Source of the DNA: Chthoniobacteraceae bacterium
GTDB lineage: Bacteria > Verrucomicrobiota > Verrucomicrobiia > Chthoniobacterales > Chthoniobacteraceae
NCBI GenBank assembly: GCA_031409655.1
Contig: JANNXQ010000055.1
Span: 1-64,000, forward strand
Reading direction: 5' to 3'
Length of the DNA stretch: 64,000 bases
A program made the position numbers and the translations under genes. Positions 37,479-46,418 of this stretch are shown here, in pieces. The notes beneath the pieces are model-generated. The model was not told the origin of the DNA and searched no databases. It worked only from the letters and a program-made list of their open reading frames with translations. How positions within the stretch are numbered: the stretch's first letter is position 1; every line of letters starts with the position of its first letter.

Positions 37479-38917
37479 GGGCGTTCTTGCTTCTGCTGAT
37501 CGTGCTCAGTGCGTTTGTGCCGGCGTGCTACATCGCCGCCGCTCTGCCGACGCTTTGGATCATCCAGCATCCCTTCCTCGAGATGAACGCCACTCTGCTC
37601 GAAGTGGCCGGGATCGATGTGACGCTCGTCGATGCCGTCATCTTGATCCTCTCCACCAAGCTCGTCCTGAAGATCATCACCACCCGCGAGATCGTCATGG
37701 ATCGCGCGCTCTATTTCTCCATCGCCGCCTTCTTCATCGTGAACGTCCTCGCGATCCTCGCCGCGGGCGTAAAGTTCGGCTCCGGCTCTGTCTTCCATGG
37801 CTTCGTCGCCCTCACCCGACTTACCACCGAGGCGGCCATCGTGCCCTTCCTTGCGACCTTTATCACCACGCTGCATCAGGCCAAGCGCTGCCTGCAAATC
37901 GTCGCCTGGACCTTGATCGCGCTTGGCGTCATTCAGTTCATCAATTTTTTCGGAGCAAGCCACGGCATCACCATCGGTGAAGTCCAGGGGATCGAGCGCG
38001 GCGAACTTCGGTACTTTGGTCCCGTGGGTGATTCGATCGGCTTCGTCCTCCTCCTCGGCTATGTGGGCGCGCTCTGTGCCGCACGGCCGGCCTTCGCGCT
38101 GCTCTTTGCCGGCGGCATCGTGCTCACCGCTGGCATCGGCGCCATCATCGGGACCGCGGTCGCCACCGTGCTGGTCCTGCTTTTCGGGCTCGAGAGCGGC
38201 ACGACCCGCGCCTTTGTGCGTCGCTATCTCTGGGTGGTTCCGGTTTTCATCTTCGCCGGGATCGTCGCTGCCGCGACGATCGGACGTCCGCTGGCCAGCA
38301 CGCTCCTCGATCGCCTGAGCAGCGGCCGATTTCAGGAAAGCGGCGGCCAGCGCCTCTCCACGTTGAAGATGGGCGTGAAAATGGTCATGGACAATCCGCT
38401 CACGGGCGTCGGCTTCATGAGCTACGAGTCATCGCTCGAGCGCTACGGCGGGAAACGCTTTTTCAATCTCTCCAAACTCGACGGAGGCACCGCGAACGCG
38501 AACAACCAAATCCTCCAGTCACTGACCGACAGCGGCGTCTTCGGTCTCCTGGCTTTTCTCGTCTTCATCACCGTCTCGGCGCGCCTCTTCTGGAAAGTCT
38601 CCGCCCGTTGCGAGGACCCTTTCCTGCGCATCGCCCTCCGCGCTGCCTGTCTCTGGCTGCTCACCCAGGTTCTGGGAAATCACGCCGCCGTCTGGCTGAT
38701 TCCCTCCGCCTACGTCGCCCGCTTTCTTTGGGTCCTCCTCGGCATCACCGTCGCCATCGCCCGTCTGCTCCCGGCCCCCGTGCGGCCTTCATCACTGGCC
38801 ATTCGTGAAGCCGAACTTTTCTCGGAAACGGTGACTGCGAAATGCGCGCTGGATGACCGCTCTCCGCTCAAGTTCGAAGAAGCATTGCCTCCGGCGAACG
38901 CTTCGCCCCGAACTTAA
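37475..38917 (+). CDS. O-antigen ligase / Wzy polymerase family protein
   Basis: Multi-TM protein; R...NPLTGVG...NN.ILQ.L.DSGVFGL periplasmic loop pattern. Confidence 0.78.
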   Translation: MRAFLLLLIVLSAFVPACYIAAALPTLWIIQHPFLEMNATLLEVAGIDVTLVDAVILILSTKLVLKIITTREIVMDRALYFSIAAFFIVNVLAILAAGVKFGSGSVFHGFVALTRLTTEAAIVPFLATFITTLHQAKRCLQIVAWTLIALGVIQFINFFGASHGITIGEVQGIERGELRYFGPVGDSIGFVLLLGYVGALCAARPAFALLFAGGIVLTAGIGAIIGTAVATVLVLLFGLESGTTRAFVRRYLWVVPVFIFAGIVAAATIGRPLASTLLDRLSSGRFQESGGQRLSTLKMGVKMVMDNPLTGVGFMSYESSLERYGGKRFFNLSKLDGGTANANNQILQSLTDSGVFGLLAFLVFITVSARLFWKVSARCEDPFLRIALRAACLWLLTQVLGNHAAVWLIPSAYVARFLWVLLGITVAIARLLPAPVRPSSLAIREAELFSETVTAKCALDDRSPLKFEEALPPANASPRT

Positions 38918-41340
38918 ACCGTGCCTGCCCAAAACTTTTGGCCGGCTTCCGCCCAGTCCCGGCCTTGCACGCTGCGGTGGGCTGCCACGCTCATCGCTTG
39001 GCGCATCTTGGGATCGCTGATCAGGCGCTCGGTCGAGTCCGTGAAGTCCGCGACATCGAGCGCGTGGGTCACGAAGCCGGTGACGCAATTCTCGATCAAA
39101 TCCTTCGGGCCACCCTGGTCGGAGACCACACACGGCAGACCGCTGGCCAAGGCTTCGATGATGACGTTTCCGAAAGTATCCGTGGTGCTCGGAAAGAGGA
39201 AAACATCCGCGGAGGCGTAGGCTCGGGCGAGTTCGATGCCGGCGAGGTAACCGGTGAAAATGGCGTCGGGGAGGAGGATGTGGAGTTCCGGGAGGAACGG
39301 TCCATCGCCGACCAACGCCAGTCGGCAATTTTCAATCTTCAATTTCCAATCCGCTATCTCCCTCCCTCGCGACCCCTCCTTTAACCGGCTCCACGCGTTC
39401 ACGATTACATCGAGATCCTTCTCCTTCGAAATACGCCCGACGTAGAGGAGCACAGTGGAACCGGGGACAGCGCCACGTTCCACCCAAAACGCCGGATCGC
39501 GCCGGGACGGATGAAAGAGCGTGGTGTCGAGCCCGCGCGGGAGGATGGCGATCTTCGCGGCGGGGATGCCACGGTCGATCCACGCGCGGCGGTAGCCTTC
39601 GCTGTTCACGTAGAGGAGATCGAGCGAGTCGTAGAACCACTTCATGAAATTCCACGTGAGCGTCTCGAGGAAGCTGTCGTCGGTGAGGATGCGGATGTAC
39701 TGCGGGAAATCCGTGTGATAGATGCCGCTGGTGCGCAGGCCGAGCAGCTTGCCGGCAAGCAGCGCGGTGAGGCCCACGGGGCCTGGCGTGGAGATGATGA
39801 GTTCGGTGAAGCCTTCGCGCTGGATGTAGTCGATCATCTGCAGGATCGGCGGGAAGCTGAGCTTCTGGAGCTCGTACTCGGGCAACTCGAACTCACCGAT
39901 GGGGGGGAAGTTTTTGATCGGGATGCCGGTGATAGTCACCGTCGCCCGCGACGTCACCACGGTGATGTCGCCGCCCGCCGCGACGGTCGCCGCGGTCAGC
40001 TTGCGGATGGTCGTCGCGACGCCGTTGACATCTTCCAGCGTGTCCGTGAACCAGGCGCGTTTGCTGTTTTCCAACGAAGGTGCTGGCGGGCTGCCAAAAC
40101 CGGTGCAGACCTCGCCGAGCCAGCGCCGATCAGGGGCCTGAGTCTTGAAGGTGTAGAGGTAGGGCGAAAGGGTCGCGAGGATCGGAAGCAGCACGCTGAA
40201 TTCACGGACGGCCTCGACGATGTTGCCGCTGGAGAGCTGCTGGACAAAGAGGGTGAAGAAACGGAAGGCCAAACGGTTGGCGAAGAAGTTCGCGATGACA
40301 AAGGCGCGCCGTTCGGGTTCGGCGAGGCCCGCGGTCTCGCGCGCGAGCAGCGTCTTCACATCGCCCTGCTGGAAGGTCGCGGCGAACTGTTTCCACAGTG
40401 AGGCATTGGCGGGCTTCGCCAGCTCGAAGATATTCCCGCTGGCGATGCCTTCCGCGATGAACCCGAGCTTGTCCGCCCAGGAAAACTCCGTGGGATCCTC
40501 TCCCTCCATGAAACGCGAGAAGGCCTTGCTGATCAGCGAGCTTTTCGTATCGCCGAATTTCTGCCCGAGAAAGATGCGGACGTTATTGTACAGGCTGTGC
40601 GAAAGCGCGAGCGGAGTGCCTCCGCAGCCTCCGACCACGCACTCCCCGGCGCGCACAGCAGCGAGGAAAGACTTTGGGTCTGCGACGGCCTCCGAGACTT
40701 CCGTCCACGCGCTCGCGGAATGCAGGCCGCCGTGATCGTCGGAGCCGCCGATGAAGACCTTGCGCCACGGCTCGGGGTGCGTGGGCGCGAAACCGTGCTG
40801 GTCCGCAAACTGCGCGATCTTCTCCGGAGTGAGCTGGCCGAAGGCGTGCCGGGTGACTGCGCTGAGCAGCGCGTCGCGGTGTCCGTTCACCCCTTCGAAG
40901 TGGCGGAAGAGGAGCACGAGCTTTTCGAGATGCGCGAGGGAGAGTCGGTCGTCGAGCCGGTAGAGCGGGTGCGCCACGGCGTGCGCGAGTTCTTCCGTGG
41001 CGAGGTATCTTTGCAGCTCGAAAATATCCTCCCGTCGCGCCTGCAACTCTGCGTGCTGCGCTTCCGCGAGACCCCAGACGAGGACCTGGACCTTGCAGCG
41101 ATCATCCGGAAAACGCGCGCTCACCTGCTCGCTGATGAAGGTGCCGGGCCGATCCGCAATCGCCAGACAGCCCTCGATGCGATTGTGATCAGTGATCGTC
41201 ACGAAATCCATGCCGCGCTGGCGCAACGTTTCGTAAAGCGCCACCGGATCAGTGTAGCTGTCTGGCAGACCGACCCGGCGGAAGAGCCACTCCGGCGCGC
41301 GCTCGCTGAAGCGGGAATGGACGTGCAGGTCGGCCTTCAT
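38914..41340 (-). CDS. PHP-domain / GT4 glycosyltransferase fusion
   Basis: N-terminal DLHVHS, ITDHN, AHP, GGSDDH; C-terminal NGVATT, YHTDFPQY, YVGRISKEK, TDTFGNVIIEA. Confidence 0.85.
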   Translation of the reverse strand: MKADLHVHSRFSERAPEWLFRRVGLPDSYTDPVALYETLRQRGMDFVTITDHNRIEGCLAIADRPGTFISEQVSARFPDDRCKVQVLVWGLAEAQHAELQARREDIFELQRYLATEELAHAVAHPLYRLDDRLSLAHLEKLVLLFRHFEGVNGHRDALLSAVTRHAFGQLTPEKIAQFADQHGFAPTHPEPWRKVFIGGSDDHGGLHSASAWTEVSEAVADPKSFLAAVRAGECVVGGCGGTPLALSHSLYNNVRIFLGQKFGDTKSSLISKAFSRFMEGEDPTEFSWADKLGFIAEGIASGNIFELAKPANASLWKQFAATFQQGDVKTLLARETAGLAEPERRAFVIANFFANRLAFRFFTLFVQQLSSGNIVEAVREFSVLLPILATLSPYLYTFKTQAPDRRWLGEVCTGFGSPPAPSLENSKRAWFTDTLEDVNGVATTIRKLTAATVAAGGDITVVTSRATVTITGIPIKNFPPIGEFELPEYELQKLSFPPILQMIDYIQREGFTELIISTPGPVGLTALLAGKLLGLRTSGIYHTDFPQYIRILTDDSFLETLTWNFMKWFYDSLDLLYVNSEGYRRAWIDRGIPAAKIAILPRGLDTTLFHPSRRDPAFWVERGAVPGSTVLLYVGRISKEKDLDVIVNAWSRLKEGSRGREIADWKLKIENCRLALVGDGPFLPELHILLPDAIFTGYLAGIELARAYASADVFLFPSTTDTFGNVIIEALASGLPCVVSDQGGPKDLIENCVTGFVTHALDVADFTDSTERLISDPKMRQAMSVAAHRSVQGRDWAEAGQKFWAGTV
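39323..39357. repeat. Degenerate (TTTCAAT)-type heptamer array inside the GT4 domain
   Basis: CGGCAAT TTTCAAT CTTCAAT TTCCAAT CCGCTAT; encodes IADWKLKIENC. Confidence 0.65.
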
Positions 41341-42155
41341 GGAGTCGGTTTTGCGGGGACATAGGTCCGTTGTCGCGCAAACCAGCGCTCGTAGGTGAAA
41401 GGCAAACGCGGGATGAGCCCCTGGCTGACGCAGTGCCGGATCTGGCGCCAGATCGCCGGATGGGAAAGATCCCCGGGGTGGATGGCGATGCGCATGAGTG
41501 GATTATCCTTTAAGCGGCGGAAGAGCGCGCGATTCCAGAGCAGGCTCACGGGCCGACGCCACCAACTCCGCGAACTCCAGACGAGCGAGCGCGATTCGAA
41601 GACCCACCCGCTGACCAGGTCGCGCACGTTCCGGAGCCGCGTGGTGTATTGCAGGCCGGCCTCGCGAAGCGCCTTCTCCGCTTCACTGCTCAGCAACCAG
41701 GCGGGGGCGATGAATCCTTCGGGCTTGAGATCGATCTCGGAAAATTCTTCCCGCGCGCGAGTCACCAATTCGTAAGCAGTCGCCCGGTCGATGTCGTGAA
41801 ATTCTCCCTCGTCCGCAGTGTAGAAACGGGTGATGAATTTCTCGCGCAGCGACTCGCCCGCCCGGCGCTCGCGCTGGTGGTGATACCCGTGAATGACGAT
41901 CTCCTGCCCGGCATCCGCGAGCTCGCGCAGCCACGCACAAAAGTCCGGATCATCCAAAAAATGCCCGCGGTGGTGATGGTTCGGAACGACCAGCCAGGTG
42001 CAGATTTTCAGGCCGATCTCAGTCAATTGCGCCCGGATTTCTTCGCACTGCGCACGAGTGTCCGGCGAGACGTCGTGGATGGAAACAACCAGGGCCTGCG
42101 AAGGAGGCAGGAGGCGGGTCGTGAGACGACCGACCTTGGTCATGGCGATGCGCAT
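41337..42155 (-). CDS. DUF2334 / polysaccharide deacetylase family protein
   Basis: SIHDV, HGYHH, GEF, FIAPAW, IAIHP motifs; alternative start at 42143. Confidence 0.82.
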   Translation of the reverse strand: MRIAMTKVGRLTTRLLPPSQALVVSIHDVSPDTRAQCEEIRAQLTEIGLKICTWLVVPNHHHRGHFLDDPDFCAWLRELADAGQEIVIHGYHHQRERRAGESLREKFITRFYTADEGEFHDIDRATAYELVTRAREEFSEIDLKPEGFIAPAWLLSSEAEKALREAGLQYTTRLRNVRDLVSGWVFESRSLVWSSRSWWRRPVSLLWNRALFRRLKDNPLMRIAIHPGDLSHPAIWRQIRHCVSQGLIPRLPFTYERWFARQRTYVPAKPTP

Positions 42156-42192
42156 TCGGAGTGATTGAGTAAGGCCGCGCCGCCGCGTGCTT

Positions 42193-43881
42193 TCAAGCGC
42201 GGAGCGGTGAATTCGCCGCCGCGCGGCGACGGGCAATCCAGCCGCCGACGATGCTCAGCAAAGCGCTGGCGGCCGAGGCCGGCGAAACCAGATCACCGTG
42301 CCGGGTGAAAAATGTGCGCGGCGCATTGACGGGAATCGCCACTTCGCGCACGGCGATTCCCTCTTGAAATTCAGGCACCCAGCGCTCCACAAAGCCCGTC
42401 CGATTCACGAGCCCAGTGACGCCGGTATTTGCGCAGCGGATGAGCGGGCGGCGATTCTCGACGGCGCGGAAGACGGCGTTGGCGAGATGTTGATGGGCAG
42501 CGGCGGATCGCCCGAACCAGCCGTCGTTGGTGATATTGACCAGCGCCTGCGCGCCGGCGGCGACGAAGTGGCGGGAGAGATAACCGAGCGTGTCTTCAAA
42601 GCAGATCAGGGCGGAAAATTTGATCGCCGGCTCCGAAAGCTCAAGCAGCGTGAATTCGCGGCCCCGCGTGAAATCGGCCGCGACGAGCGGACCGACGATG
42701 GGCCCGAAAAGCGGACGCAACGGAAGGTATTCACCAAAAGGCACGAGATGGATCTTGCGGTAGATTTGCAGGCGCCCGGCTTGGTCGGTGAGCAAGGCGG
42801 CGATGTTGAAGTCTTCGTTTCGCTCCAGATCGAAATCGGTGCTGCCGAGCAGGAGCGCGCCTTCGAGACGCCTAGCCTGAGCAAAGACGAAGTCGTGATT
42901 CAACTCGTCGTCGAATAGGCCGCGCGGGGTTGCGGATTCCGGCCAGAGCACGAGTTGCGGCGGCGGTTGCAGGAGTTGAGCGAGACCGGTCAGACGGTCG
43001 AACTGCGCGAAGATTTCGTCCTCCTGCGCGAGATCGAATTTCTCGCGCTGCGGGATATTCGCCTGAATCGCCGCGACCCGCAGCGGGACGGTCGGCGTCG
43101 CATCGCCGCGCAGCATTGTGCGCGTGCCGTAGGCCCAGACGATGACGACAAAGGTGACGGTCGCGCTGAATTCCCAGCGGATGCGCTTGAGGAAAGTGGG
43201 GCCGATCTCCGCAACGAGGCGCCGGACGATGAGCACGGCCAGCAGATTGCAAAATGCGACGAGCCACGAGAGGCCGGCGACGCCGGTATGATCGGCGATC
43301 TGGATCATCGCGAGATCGTCATGCAGCGCCACGCCGAGGTTATTCCAGCCAAAGCCGGTGAAGAGCCAGCCGCGCACCCACTCTTGCGCAACCCACGCCG
43401 ATGCTCCGAGCGCGCCGATCGCGAGATTCCGGCCTGAATGAACGAATTGCTGCGCATCGCGCCGGGGCAACAGCCACGCGAGGAACCACGCCCAAAAGGC
43501 GAAGTAGAGGCCCAGGTAGAGGGCGAGTAACAGGGGCAGAAGGCGGAGCCATGAATTCCCGAAGAGAGGCCCGAGTTCGCCGAGCCAGGAGAAGGTGGTG
43601 GTGAAGAACGCGAGGCCGGAGACGTAGCCGAGGGCGGCGGGGCGGAGGCGTTTTAAGTTTGGGGTTTGGGGTTTGGGGTTTGGCGTTTCTTTTTCCCTCG
43701 AAGGGTTCGGGGAAACGCCAAACTTCAAACGCCAAACTTCAAACGCCAAATGCTCCTGGCCGAACCAGGTCGCGCAGATGAGCGGTATGAGAGCGATCCA
43801 CGCGAGCCAGCCTTGATTGACCGGCGGAAAAGCCATCGCCAGCAGCACTCCGCTCGTCACTGCGGCGAGCCATGGCCACAC
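42193..43881 (-). CDS. lnt: Apolipoprotein N-acyltransferase
   Basis: QANIP, LWPESA, YRKIHLVPFGEY, ICFE, TNDGWFG, RAVENR, ANTG; start uncertain (ORF open to 43956). Confidence 0.93.
   Translation of the reverse strand: MWPWLAAVTSGVLLAMAFPPVNQGWLAWIALIPLICATWFGQEHLAFEVWRLKFGVSPNPSREKETPNPKPQTPNLKRLRPAALGYVSGLAFFTTTFSWLGELGPLFGNSWLRLLPLLLALYLGLYFAFWAWFLAWLLPRRDAQQFVHSGRNLAIGALGASAWVAQEWVRGWLFTGFGWNNLGVALHDDLAMIQIADHTGVAGLSWLVAFCNLLAVLIVRRLVAEIGPTFLKRIRWEFSATVTFVVIVWAYGTRTMLRGDATPTVPLRVAAIQANIPQREKFDLAQEDEIFAQFDRLTGLAQLLQPPPQLVLWPESATPRGLFDDELNHDFVFAQARRLEGALLLGSTDFDLERNEDFNIAALLTDQAGRLQIYRKIHLVPFGEYLPLRPLFGPIVGPLVAADFTRGREFTLLELSEPAIKFSALICFEDTLGYLSRHFVAAGAQALVNITNDGWFGRSAAAHQHLANAVFRAVENRRPLIRCANTGVTGLVNRTGFVERWVPEFQEGIAVREVAIPVNAPRTFFTRHGDLVSPASAASALLSIVGGWIARRRAAANSPLRA
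43655..43753. repeat. Inverted heptamer array (GGGTTTG)n ... (CAAACTT/CAAACGC)n in frame within lnt
   Basis: Five units at 43655-43689 and six complementary units at 43712-43753. Confidence 0.85.
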
Positions 43882-43889
43882 GGAGATGA

Positions 43890-43976
43890 TGAATTTAGAG
43901 TGTTGAATCTTGCCTGAGGACGCCGGGCGCGAAGCTCCTCGAAACTCAGAACTCAAAATTCAGAACCAAAAATTTT
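43890..43976. repeat. Inverted heptamer array (TGAATTT)n ... (AAACTCA/GAACTCA)n at the 5' end of lnt
   Basis: Units at 43890-43910 and 43942-43976. Confidence 0.65.
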
Positions 43977-43980
43977 CACC

Positions 43981-44292
43981 TTACTCGCGCCGCACGCGCC
44001 GGCTCTTTGGTGCCTCAGGTCGGGGATCGAGCGCGTCTTTAATGTCCTTGCTGTAGCCGCTGTTCACCATGAAGTGGATCGGTCCCAGTTCTTCGAGGCT
44101 GTAGAAGGCGTCCTTGTCGGCATCCACGAAGCCTTGGGCGATCAGGCCCTTGAGCGTGTCGATCAGTTCCGCCGGTTCGAGGCCTTGCACGCGTTTTACG
44201 AGGTCTTCGCCAGTGATTCCCCCGCTGCCGAGCCCGAGGGCCTTGAGTACCGAAATTTCCCCGCCGTCGAGATTGAGGTCGTTGCCAGCCAT
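43981..44292 (-). CDS. Small hypothetical protein (possible winged-helix, basic tail)
   Basis: MAGNDLNLDGGEISVLKALG...KSRRVRRE; coding-like composition. Confidence 0.65.
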   Translation of the reverse strand: MAGNDLNLDGGEISVLKALGLGSGGITGEDLVKRVQGLEPAELIDTLKGLIAQGFVDADKDAFYSLEELGPIHFMVNSGYSKDIKDALDPRPEAPKSRRVRRE

Positions 44293-44383
44293 AGAGAGAG
44301 TATGGGCTTCTGAATGTTTAACTGAGGGAGAACGCAGACACGCCCGCATTCACTGCTTCCAACGGTCATTTGTCCATCGCTCT

Positions 44384-46348
44384 TCAAGCCAACCGTGCTT
44401 CCACATCCTTTTGCACCCAGGTCCAGAGGGCTTCGAGGGAGGCGTTGATCTCGGCTTTGATGGCTCCGATCTCGGCGACGGTGCGGGTCTTACCGGGCTC
44501 AGGGGTGCGGCGGGCGAACATGTAGAATTTAATCTTCGGCTCGGTGCCGGAGGGGCGCACGGCGACGCGGCGGCCATCGACCAGTTCAAAGATGAGCATC
44601 TTTTCCTTGGGGATGAGGTCGCCTTCCACGTCTCGGATGTCCTGCGTCCCGAAGTTCCGCATCGACGCGACGGCGACACCATTCACGTCCCGCGGCGGCT
44701 GCTCGGCGTAGCTGGCGGCGAGGCGCCCGATCTTGGCGGCCCCTTCGGCGCCTTCAAAGACGAGGCTGCCGTTCTTTTCCAGATACACTCCGTACTCGGC
44801 GTAGATCTCGTCGAGATACTCAGGCAGCGTGAGGCCGCGCGATTTGGCGTAGGCGGCGACTTCGGCGAAGACGACCACGGAGCCGTTGCCGTCCTTGTCG
44901 CGTACGAAGTCGGACGCGCCGTAGCCGTAACTTTCCTCACCCCCGGCAATGTAGCAGGCGGATTTTTCGAGGCGCAGACGGCGGGATTCGGCTTCGGACA
45001 ATTCGCGATAGGCGCGGACACTGAGGCTGAGAGCGCGCTCATATTTTTCCAGCTTTTCGCCGTTGAACTTGAAACCAGTGAGCGTCTCCACGCAGCGCAG
45101 GCCGTGTTTCGCGGCGATGGCGTTTTGCAGATCGGTGGTCACGAAGGTTTTGATGATCACGGCGCGGCTCGCGTTGGCGGGGGTGATGATCCCCTGCTCG
45201 ATCATCTTGCGCACTCGGTAGGCGGTCATCAGCGAACCGATTTGGTTGCCGGTGAGCAGTTCCAAGTCACCGGCGCGATTGCGCACGGCAACGCCCATGC
45301 GGTCGGCATCGGGATCGGTGGCGACGACCAGATCGGCCTTCTCCCGCTGGGCGACGGCGAGGGCGAGGGTGAGCGCTTCGGCGTTCTCTGGGTTCGGCGA
45401 CTTCACGGTCGGAAAACGTCCATCGAAGGCATCCTGCTCCGGCACGGTGAAGTAGCGGAAGCCGAGGCGGTCGAGCATTTTCCGGGTGATGACGCCACCG
45501 ACGCCGTGGATGGAGGTGAAGACGATTTTCAGACCGGCTTGCGCGGCGGCGGCGACCATCGGGCGATCGAGGACCAGCGTGTCGAGTCGCGCCATGTAGG
45601 CTTCGTCGAGTTCCTTGCCGAGCACGGTGAGCGTGCCGCGCTGGGCTTCGGGCAAAGGCATGTAGGCGTCGCTTTCGACCGCGTTCACTCGGTTGATGAT
45701 CCCGCTGGCGTGCGGCTCCACGACTTGGGCACCATCGGCGAAGTACACTTTGTAGCCATTGTCGTGCGGTGGGTTGTGGCTGGCAGTGACGACGATGCCG
45801 GCGGTGGCGTCGAGTTCACGGACGGCAAAGGAGAGTTGCGGCGTGGAGCGCGGCCCTTCGAAGAGCGCGGCGTCGCAGCCATTTTCCGTGGCGACGCGCG
45901 CGGCCAGTTCGGCGAAGGCACGAGAGAAATGCCGGGTATCGTGGGCGATCGCGATCTTCGGCCGGCCAGGACGACCGCTCTGCGTGAACCATTCCCTGGC
46001 ATAGGCAATCAGCCCTTGGGTCGCGCGGCTGATGTTGTAGAAATTCATCGCGTTCGTGCCGACGCACGGCTGCTCGGGGCGACCGAGTTCCTGCGGGGTC
46101 CCCTGCTCCGCGGCCGTCACGATCTTGCCGATGGTCCGACCGCGCAGCCCGCCAGTGCCAAAGGCGAGGGTCTTGTAGAAACGATCGTTCAGCTCGCCCC
46201 ACGCACCCTTTTCCACCAGCTCCCGGATGCTCTGCTCGAAGAACGGCGAACTCGAGCGAGCGATCAATTGCTCGATATTGCGCGCGCTGCTTTCAAGGAG
46301 AATGCCGTCGCGGACGGCTTGCTGGAGGCGGAGGCTGAAGTCACTCAT
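44384..46348 (-). CDS. pgm: Phosphoglucomutase/phosphomannomutase
   Basis: FGTGGLRG, TASHNP, DPDADR, GEESYG, RPSGTEPKIK motifs. Confidence 0.93.
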   Translation of the reverse strand: MSDFSLRLQQAVRDGILLESSARNIEQLIARSSSPFFEQSIRELVEKGAWGELNDRFYKTLAFGTGGLRGRTIGKIVTAAEQGTPQELGRPEQPCVGTNAMNFYNISRATQGLIAYAREWFTQSGRPGRPKIAIAHDTRHFSRAFAELAARVATENGCDAALFEGPRSTPQLSFAVRELDATAGIVVTASHNPPHDNGYKVYFADGAQVVEPHASGIINRVNAVESDAYMPLPEAQRGTLTVLGKELDEAYMARLDTLVLDRPMVAAAAQAGLKIVFTSIHGVGGVITRKMLDRLGFRYFTVPEQDAFDGRFPTVKSPNPENAEALTLALAVAQREKADLVVATDPDADRMGVAVRNRAGDLELLTGNQIGSLMTAYRVRKMIEQGIITPANASRAVIIKTFVTTDLQNAIAAKHGLRCVETLTGFKFNGEKLEKYERALSLSVRAYRELSEAESRRLRLEKSACYIAGGEESYGYGASDFVRDKDGNGSVVVFAEVAAYAKSRGLTLPEYLDEIYAEYGVYLEKNGSLVFEGAEGAAKIGRLAASYAEQPPRDVNGVAVASMRNFGTQDIRDVEGDLIPKEKMLIFELVDGRRVAVRPSGTEPKIKFYMFARRTPEPGKTRTVAEIGAIKAEINASLEALWTWVQKDVEARLA

Positions 46349-46418
46349 GAGCGCCGAGAATAGCGGCGCTCAGGAGGGAGCGGGAAGTGCGATCTTTGCG
46401 CCAAACCGAAACCCGCCG

